Made by a program: the position numbers and the translations under genes
The notes under the pieces: generated by a model
What the model was told of the DNA's origin: nothing
The model's database searches: none
The model's input: the letters and a program-made list of their open reading frames with translations, nothing else
Assembly (NCBI RefSeq): GCF_009834535.1
Contig: NC_045696.1
Location: 37,202,001-37,266,000, forward strand
Source of the DNA: Camelus ferus
Lineage: Eukaryota
Length of the DNA stretch: 64,000 nt
Direction of reading: 5' to 3'
Part shown: positions 56,261-64,000 of the stretch, one piece after another
Position numbering within the stretch: the first letter of the stretch is position 1
Layout: each line of letters starts with the position of its first letter

Positions 56261-58209
56261 CAACCTATTTGGTGTCCTTTCGGCTTCATCGATATGGGTG
56301 TCCATTTCTCTTCCCAGATTCAGGAAGATGTCCCATTATTTCTTTGAATGTACTTTCTGCCTCTTCTTCCTTCTCTTCTCCTCCTGGAATTCCCATAATG
56401 TTCTTTTCATTGTGTCCTGTAAGTCTTGTAGGCTTTCTTCACTCTTTTTCATTTATGTTTTCTTTTTGCTCCTTTGACTAGATAATTTCTAACATATTCT
56501 CCTCCAGGTTGCTGCTACTTCTACATGGTTGAATTTGCTTTGGAAACTATTGAATTCTTTAGTTCAGTTACTGTATTTTTCAACTCTAGGATTTCTGGGT
56601 TTTTTGATGGTTTCTATTGCTTTGTCAAATATCTCACTTTATTCATATATTGTTTTCCTATTTTTATTTAGTTTTCTGTGTTCTTGTAGTTCACTAAACT
56701 TCTTTAAGAGAATTTTCTAAATTCTTTGACAGTTTATAGATCTCCATTTTTTTAAGATCAGTTATTAGATTTTTACTAGTTTTCATGAAACTTGATTCCT
56801 TACATTTTTATCTGGGCATTTGTTTCTCTTCCAGGCTTTATAGGCTTAGTTTGTCAAACAGATCTTCCCCAGTCTGCTAGGTTTGGATTTGTGGGTGTGT
56901 CTGCTGGTAAATGTCCTTGGGCAGGTGGGGCCTACTATTGTAGTCTCTTTTGGGTGAGGCTCCTAAGGCAACTGTTTTGAGGTTGGAGGTCTGGGGTGGG
57001 GGGATGTGCCACTGACTGAGGATAGATAGGACTGCTGGGTTGGATCCCTACACGAATGTATAGGATATGCTCCACAGTTGTCTGTATCCTCTGTTAAGGC
57101 TTACTGGATGGTTAGGACTGGCTACTATATTCACTAGTAGATGGGACTATGACTTAGCTTTCCTGTGCTGGTGGGGCAGCAGGACATGACCAGGGCCTCT
57201 ATGGGTCATTATTTGAGGATCCAAATCAGATAAGACTGTGCAAGTGAATTCCACCAGTTTTGCTCTGCAGATGAGGGAAGCCATGGGCTGCACTTTCTGC
57301 TCAAGTGCCACTGTAAGCAGGGCTGTTGGATGGGCTGCACAGCTTCCTGTATGCTCTGCTTAGGTTCTGTGGTCAAGTCGGTCTGAGGCTTTATTCTGTT
57401 GTAAGTGTGGCTACAAATTGTTTCCCTGCCTGAGTACAGTGGGGAGAAGCAGCTCTAAAGCCTGTTAAACTCTTTGCTTATTGTCCTAACTCAAGTCGGC
57501 CCACACCCCAAATTCCCTGACCAAACAGGTCCACTGCTCTGAAAACTGTCAACTCTGCCAGTTCACCTGTTACCTTGAGAGCCACTGGGTTTCACAGCTT
57601 CCAGGTGTTCTTGCTGGCATTCTTGGTCAGGTGGGGCCAGGAACCACAGCAGGTTGGGTTATGTCGGAGCTCCCTTGAGTGGGCAAGAAGGGGAGGGTAT
57701 ATTCCAGGCAACTCTACTCCCAACAGGCTTTCCACTTGGGAGGGGTAAGGAACTACCCTCCTGCCCTTGTTTAGCAGAGGAACTCTCCACACCAGATAAT
57801 GGCTTTTCTCTGTGGGTGATCAGCGCTGCCCACCACTTCCAGTCTTGAGACTTGCTGGGCTACACATCTTCCAGGTGTTCTCATAGCTCCTCTGGTCAAA
57901 TACGGCGCAGAGACATTCTGTGCAGCAGGTTGGGCTGTGACTCATCTCCTTGCCTGGGTTGAGCAAGCCAGGCTCTAGGGATGGCAGAACTTGTTTGAGG
58001 ATCCAATTAGGCAGATTGATACCCTGCCAAGTTCCCTGGTCAGAGTGTGCCCCTGCCTTGGTTCTGCAAAGAAGCAAAGCAGCTGGTTGGGATTACTACT
58101 TGGGCACTGCAAGTATGAACTCAGTCTGCCAAGATACATGTGCTGGTTGCTCTTAATTAGTCATTAGTTGTTTTGTGACCAGGAGCAAAGTCAGGGATAA
58201 CCCTGTCCT

Positions 58210-58219
58210 GCCATCTTGG
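58210..58219 (-). promoter_or_regulatory. YY1-type site (CCAAGATGGC) at the L1 5' terminus
   Basis: GCCATCTTGG lies ~15 nt inside the L1 start, the established position of the L1 YY1 site. Confidence 0.7.
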
Positions 58220-59407
58220 TGATGTCACGCCTCAAGTCTTATTCTTAATTCAATTTTTTTCTGAGAGTTCGCAGAATGTCTGGTGTGATAAGATCTATGC
58301 CTTTTGGCTTGTGGGAATTTGAACATCTTGCAGCTCTGTCTAAACCCAACAACTGTGTAGCTCACAGATGTCCAAGTAGCTTTTCTTTCTAAGTTAGTTT
58401 TCTTTCCTTTCCTTACCTTTCTTTTTCTCCTTTATTTCTTTCTTTCTTTTTTTTTTTCCATTGGTTTTGAAGTAGTTGGCTTTGCAGAGTCTCCTGTACC
58501 TTCTCAGCTTAGTGTGTTGCTAGACAGGACAAATTCTATGCATATCCTAGAGCTTCTTTACTTTATAATTCCTTCTCCAGTTGTTTGCCACATAAGGTCC
58601 AGATGCCTTAACTTGGGCATTGATCTCTGTGGCTTCAGCTCAGTGTGATTCCCTGCTTTGTCTGGATTTGCTGCACTCCAGAAAGTGTCTCTAGGCATAA
58701 AGCTGAAGTTATAGAGCCATCTGACAGTCTTTCTTTCTCTCAGTGAGAGAATGCATGCTTTGTCTGTCATGTAATATTTGAAAATAGTTATTACAGTTAT
58801 TTGTTAGGAAAGGCTAGTTTTGCCCTTTTAATCAGATATGGATGTCCCTATATTTTTAAGGTGAGTTTTTTTAACCAATTATTTTGACAGAATAGGCAGG
58901 TTTTCTTAGTTTTTGAATGGTATTTTTTTTTAATATATAAGCATTCTTGGAAAATATCCTTTATAATTAATGACAATTTCCAATAAGGAAAAAAGAATAT
59001 ATCTCCTGATAATATAATTAGGTTTTATAGTGTAATGCCATCACTGAAAAAATAAATAAAACTTTCTGAATACTGTTTATGTCATTTCTCATTAATGTAG
59101 TATTCCAATAATCACACTTACTAGACTTTTCACATTAAGTATATTGGTAAAAATTAGTGCTCTGTCCTTTATTTGGATACTTATTTCTAGGAGTAAAGTA
59201 ATCATGAATAGCTAAACTTTACAAAATAGGTTATTGAGTATATCCACGTATTGGTAAGAAATAGTGAGTAGTTGCCTAAATCTGAAAGCTGTATATCCAA
59301 TTTCTATGTACTCACAACATGTTTCATGAACTAGTTAAAAAAAAGTAAACAAAAAAACAAAACAAACCGAAAAAATAAAAACAAAACAAAACAACCCATA
59401 GAGATAT

Positions 59408-60021
59408 TGTAATGGTTAATTTTCTGGGTCTAATTGGCCAAAGAAACCAGATATTTGGTCAAATACCAGTCAGATGTTGCTATGAAGGTATTTTATAGAT
59501 GATACAAACATTTAATTTCCTAGACTTTGAGTAAAGCATATTACTCCCCAAAGGATGGGCGGGCCTCAATCAGTTGAAGGTCTTAACAATAAAAGGTTAA
59601 TAGTTGAAATAACACCAGCTTAAAATGTGTGGGTCCACCTATACATGGATTTTTTAAAATAAATATGTAGTGAAGTACTACATGATCTGAGGATTAAATC
59701 CATGGATGATGAACTTCAGATATGAAGGTCCAACTGTAAAGTTATATAAGGACTTTTGACTGTGCTGGGGGGCGGCATCCCTAACCTCTGTACAGCTTAA
59801 GGGTCAACTGTAAAGTTCCTGAGAAAGGGGGAATTCTGCTCTGAGACTGTCTTCAGACTCAAATGGCAACATCATCTCCCTAGGTCTCTAGCCTGATCCC
59901 CTATCCTGCAGATTTGGCACTTGCCAGTTTTCACAACTGTGTGACCCAGTTCCCTTAAAAGCTCTCTCTTTATATACACATATTCTATTGGCTGTTCCTC
60001 TGGAGCACCCTGATTTATACA
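59408..60021 (+). mobile_element. MLT2B-like ERVL solo LTR interrupted by a MITE
   Basis: TGTAATGGTTAATTTT..CCAGATATTTGGTCAAA..TGAGTAAAGCA..CAATCAGTTGAAGG....CTATTGGCTGTTCCTCTGGAGCACCCTGATTTATACA. Confidence 0.9.
59601..59810 (+). mobile_element. Tigger2-family MITE nested in MLT2
   Basis: TAGTTGA..GGGTCCACCTATACATGGATTTTTT..AAGGGTCAACTG|TA. Confidence 0.85.
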
Positions 60022-61120
60022 AGGGCCATCTTCATTTTCCTTAGTCATGTGCATATATGCGTGTCTCACCAACTTTTCTAGTAAACCTTATATGTTATTC
60101 ATAATAATTTTAAATTTTATTTGCATATAGTTTCCATCACAAATTGAAGTATAAAATTCTCTACAATTGGAACAGTGTATCATATCTGTATTTACTCCAT
60201 TTTTCAACTCCACAGGTAGAATGCGAATATATTTTTTAAAATTGAAATCATTTTGCTGTAATTTGTTGCCTCTTGTGAATAAATATGAAGCACCCAATGC
60301 ATCAGTAAACTTCAGAAAGTGTGTGTGAGTGTGTATGTTGCGAAAAAAGAATAAATTAGTGTTAATATTAGTTGTTTCTAATGGCTCTGAAAGGAACCAA
60401 AGGCTAGATGAAATGCTTTTCCTGTGTGCACGAGTGTGCTGAAAGATGTATTACAGCTCTGATCATCATGATTAGTACCACGTCATAATATTTCAGACTG
60501 TTTTCAATGAAGTTTAAAGATAGACAGATAATATCATGTATATTTTAAGTATACTGTTGCTCTTATCCCTAAAGTGAAGACAGGTAGGTTTACTTTTACT
60601 GCCATTTTAAAAATGAGAATATTTCACTGACAACCAGAGTAGGATATTATGATTGTCTTCAGATAAGAAATAAACCCTACTATGTAATTTACTTCTACCT
60701 CTTTACCTAGTCAGATATTCCTTATTTCTTAGAACCTCTGTTTCCTATAATAAATGATATAAATTATGATCCTCATTCTTCTGTAAAGTTTAAATATGCA
60801 AAGAGTCACTGAAAAGTTGCATTCACCTGTTTCATTTTCATGGGAATTAAAGAGACAAGGATGCATTTTTCTTTTATTGGTAGACTAGCAATCAAATTGA
60901 AGCAAATCAAATCCATGTATAAACACATAGGAGAATAAAATATAAATTCACTGAGACACATTTAATTAATATTCACATACTCTGAACATATTCTGAATCA
61001 TATGCAGCTAAAATTAATCTGGTGTTCATAGCCCCGTGTAAAACCAATACAGGCATCTGGAGGCTTAGCAGTCCTCTTCTGCTTTTTTTATTCATATATA
61101 TTTTTTATTTATATAATCAT

Positions 61121-61160
61121 ACACACACACACACACACACACACGTACGTACGTACGTAC

Positions 61161-61188
<28 letters not shown>
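61121..61188. repeat. Palindromic compound microsatellite (AC)12(GTAC)4(GT)14
   Basis: Read directly. Confidence 0.97.
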
Positions 61189-61191
<3 letters not shown>

Positions 61192-61989
61192 GTCTCCAGG
61201 CTCTTCAACTTTTATGTTTTTCATTGACTCCACTAAGCTTCCCCTGAGCTTTCTGGATTTGACAGAGTTGTCCTCTGGCATGTTTTTGCCGGCTGTCATG
61301 GCTCATAGTGCAATTTAAGCCTCTGTTGCACACTACTGTAAATCCAGGTAATGAAAGCCACAAACTTCTCACAAGCATTATGATGCTGACATCTGTCAAG
61401 ATAAATATTGTGCAGTCAGCAGGAAGGAGAAAGAAGGTTTAGATGGCTCAAAGAGTTAACCTTGATCTGTCATTAGAGAATGCTTTAGCCCTTCAAAGTA
61501 TGGTTGGTTTTGTATGTTATTGTTAGGCCAAAATTGCAGGTTAGTATTATGTTCTTAATAAGTGATAGTTTAAATTTGTAGGAACATATATGTGTTTTGG
61601 AGGAAAAGGATTATTTCCTAATACCATTATTATGAAAAATGATAATATGATTTTTTGGGTAAGTTCTATTTATATTTTGCTATATTTCATTATAATAGCA
61701 GTTAGTATATATTATTTAAATAAAATATATACATATGTGAAAGTAGAAATATGAGGAATATCATTTCTACCATCAAAAAACCTCTTAATGTGATTTAGGT
61801 ATATTTTATATCCTTTTAATATCCTTTTATTTTTAGGTTGAACACTGAAAAATATCTGTTAATCTAAATGCTAACATAAAGTTATTCTGCTTTCTGGCTA
61901 TTTCTGATAGAAAAGTTCAGTCTTTTAATTACAACTGATACAACAACTATAAAAATAGGTTCTAACACTGGCCAGTTCCTATAGTTTAG

Positions 61990-62250
61990 ACCATTTGCTA
62001 AATGATGTATATATGCATTATCTCATTTATTCCTAATAATCATCCTATTAGCCATATTATTATAAATGTATTTATATAAATAATTTATTAATGTGTTAAG
62101 TATTATATAAATATAATAACCAACATTATATTACTGAATTTTCTCTGTTATAAACAATGAAGCCAGAGAGAAGAGGAGTAAAAAAAAAAATACTGGTTGA
62201 GACAACACAGCCAGTAAGGGGAAGATCTAGCATTTGAATATAATCTTGTA
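61990..62250 (-). mobile_element. MIR SINE relic split by an AT-rich tract
   Basis: ATGCATTATCTCATTTATTCCTAATAATCATCCTA...TGAAGCCAGAGAG..ACACAGCCAGTAAG..ATTTGAA. Confidence 0.65.
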
Positions 62251-62441
62251 AACTTCTATTGAATTATTTCTTATACTATTGCATCGTATCTAGCACTATA
62301 TAAATGATAGGCAAACGAAGATTTACTTTTAATTATGACTAAGTAGCAGGAGAAGATTATTTTTTCACTCCATCCTATGCTTTTAGTATATACAGAGAAC
62401 ACGGTAGAAATGGAAGAACACTGATCATTATGAAAAGAATA

Positions 62442-62917
62442 CAGGCATATCCTGGAGATACTGTGGGTTCAGTTCCAGACCACAGCAATAGAACGAATTT
62501 TGTAATAACGTCAGTCACATCAATTTTTTTGGTTTCCCAGTGCATATAACAGTTATGTTTACACTATACTGTAGTTTATTAATCTACAAACATCACTTAA
62601 AAATACTTTATTGACAAAAAATGCTAACCATCATCTTAATCTTCAGTGAATCATAATCTTTTTGCAGTAGTAACATCAGAGATCACTGATCACAGATCAC
62701 CATAACAAATAGAATAATGAAAAAGTTTGAAACATTGTGAGAATTACCACAATGTGGCATTGAGACATGAAGTGAGCTGTTGGGAAAATGGCTATCATCA
62801 ACTTGCTTGACACAGGGTTGCTGCAAACAATTTGTAAATAAAACAAAACAAAACAAAAAAACAACAAAAAAACTGCAATGTTCAATACAATGAAAAATAA
62901 TAAAATGAAGTATGGTG
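62442..62917 (-). mobile_element. Tigger1-derived non-autonomous DNA transposon (~475 bp)
   Basis: TA|CAGGCATATCCTGGAGATACTGTGGGTTCAGTTCCAGACCACAGCAATA is the Tigger1 right end reversed. The other end is AATAAAATGAAGTATGGTG|TA. TA duplication present. Confidence 0.9.
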
Positions 62918-64000
62918 TACAGCTTATTATCCAAAAATAAAAAGGGTCTTTAGTCATTCCCTTTGAGCACAGAGAAGAACTACAAAATATGCTTTGTGCC
63001 AAGGTATAAACAAAACTTGAAAATAAGAATGCTGGAAGAATTACATTCTCTCTCTCATCACACAGTGAAATACTAATATCAAGAACAGACCAGAAGAAAT
63101 ATTACTGACATAGACATGCTTATATCATTATTTCTTAAGGAAGGAAATACTTAAAACCAATTTGGAACCTACCAAATCCTTTAGAATTTTTTTGTATAAG
63201 TATGTATACAATAATTTAGACCCATATTTGACATGTGAGTCTCTTTTGTAAACCTCTGTGTATAAGTTTTTAAACAGTAAGAAAACTAATGCAAGACCTA
63301 ATTATTCTGTTTATTTTTGTAGGGAGATAGATTGGGAATAAAAAAAGAGATAATGCCATTAGAGTCTAAATTGTGATACTCTCATCTACATAATGAAATA
63401 TCACTCTATTGTGAGAAAGAATAAGGAAGAACTTGATGAGGTCAGATTGAGTGACTTCGTAGGGGTGGGGAGGATAAGAAAAGCCAATATAGAATGTAGA
63501 ATGCTCTCTTTTCTGAGAATACAGGCATACTTGTTTAATTTCTAAACAAAAACAAGAGTGAAATGTAGACTATTTAATTTTATGTAGCACTTAAGCCAGG
63601 GAGAATGATACAGAAAAGCATATACTACTTGTATTACATTTCCAAAAATGAAATTCACCCACAAAGGTAGGAAAATACCTTAAAAAGTAGGAAAAATAAA
63701 TGCAACATTAAGCACAAGTATTAAAACATAATTCCAATTAAATTGATAACTCTGCCACAGTTCTCTATGGATCTATTGGTGTATATATGAAAGAAAAAAA
63801 TGAACCCTATATGTACCTTAAATTTTTATTTGGTTTATCTTGGTAGTAATGCTGACAATGCAATTTTAAAGTACTTTAAAATACATTTTGAAACTACACT
63901 AAATATATTATATATATATTTATCCTATGACATATATGATAGTTATTTTAAAGAAGAGATATAAATATATAGTTTCTTGGGAGCCAGCTTTTTTTTAAAA

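Larger units (their letters stand above)
51219..58233 (-). mobile_element. Near-full-length (~7 kb) degenerate LINE-1: 5'UTR, ORF1, ORF2, 3'UTR
   Basis: 5' end GAGGCGTGACATCACCAAGATGGC. ORF1 IKLSK..LKAAREKK..ADFSTET..EWEHVFKILKEK (55843-56116). ORF2 MKLEIN..NQWIKEKIK..NLWDKAKAVLIRKF (54399-54605). Degenerate TSD AAGCCTTCTT (51209-51218) / AAGTCTTATT (58234-58243). Confidence 0.93.
44370..58830 (-). mobile_element. Ancient fragmented L1 (L1ME/L1M5-like) host; pieces at 44370-45835, 49895-51208 and 58244-58830
   Basis: 3'UTR, ORF2 C-terminus, EN, ORF1-like and 5' pieces occur in collinear antisense order, interrupted by younger L1s with TSDs. Confidence 0.7.

Noticed and set aside
61200..61347. 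Plus-strand coding exon (tgtctccag|...CAG|gtaatg) after the (GT)n tract
   Set aside because: Stops in all three frames; at most a non-coding exon, with no supporting evidence.
1..64000. Prokaryote-style systems (CRISPR arrays, operons, defence loci)
   Set aside because: No regularly spaced direct repeats or long ORFs; the content is typical mammalian repeat-rich DNA.

Overview
AT-rich, CpG-poor mammalian non-coding DNA (large intron or gene desert). I recognise no protein-coding gene, RNA gene, CpG island or CRISPR array. The ORFs in the track that resemble known proteins are degenerate LINE-1 ORF1p/ORF2p fragments. A tRNA-Ala-derived SINE resembling the camelid Vic-1 family (27899-28000) suggests a camelid genome (inference from recalled consensus). 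The window holds many L1 copies, mostly on the minus strand. A 14.5-kb nested L1 stack at ~44370-58830 contains a near-full-length 7-kb L1, an internally deleted L1 with a monomeric 5'UTR, a young L1 3' end and a MITE. Also present: MaLR/ERVL/ERV1 solo LTRs, hAT and Tigger MITEs, L2/MIR relics and microsatellites. Most notable: a 21-nt inverted copy of the adjacent SINE at an L1 deletion junction, a perfect 64-bp palindromic compound microsatellite next to a TGACAG motif cluster, and a speculative chain of phase-compatible minus-strand exons (including a 15-nt microexon) downstream of an LTR remnant. Repeat family names come from memory of consensus sequences and boundaries are approximate. 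I found no convincing novel biological system.
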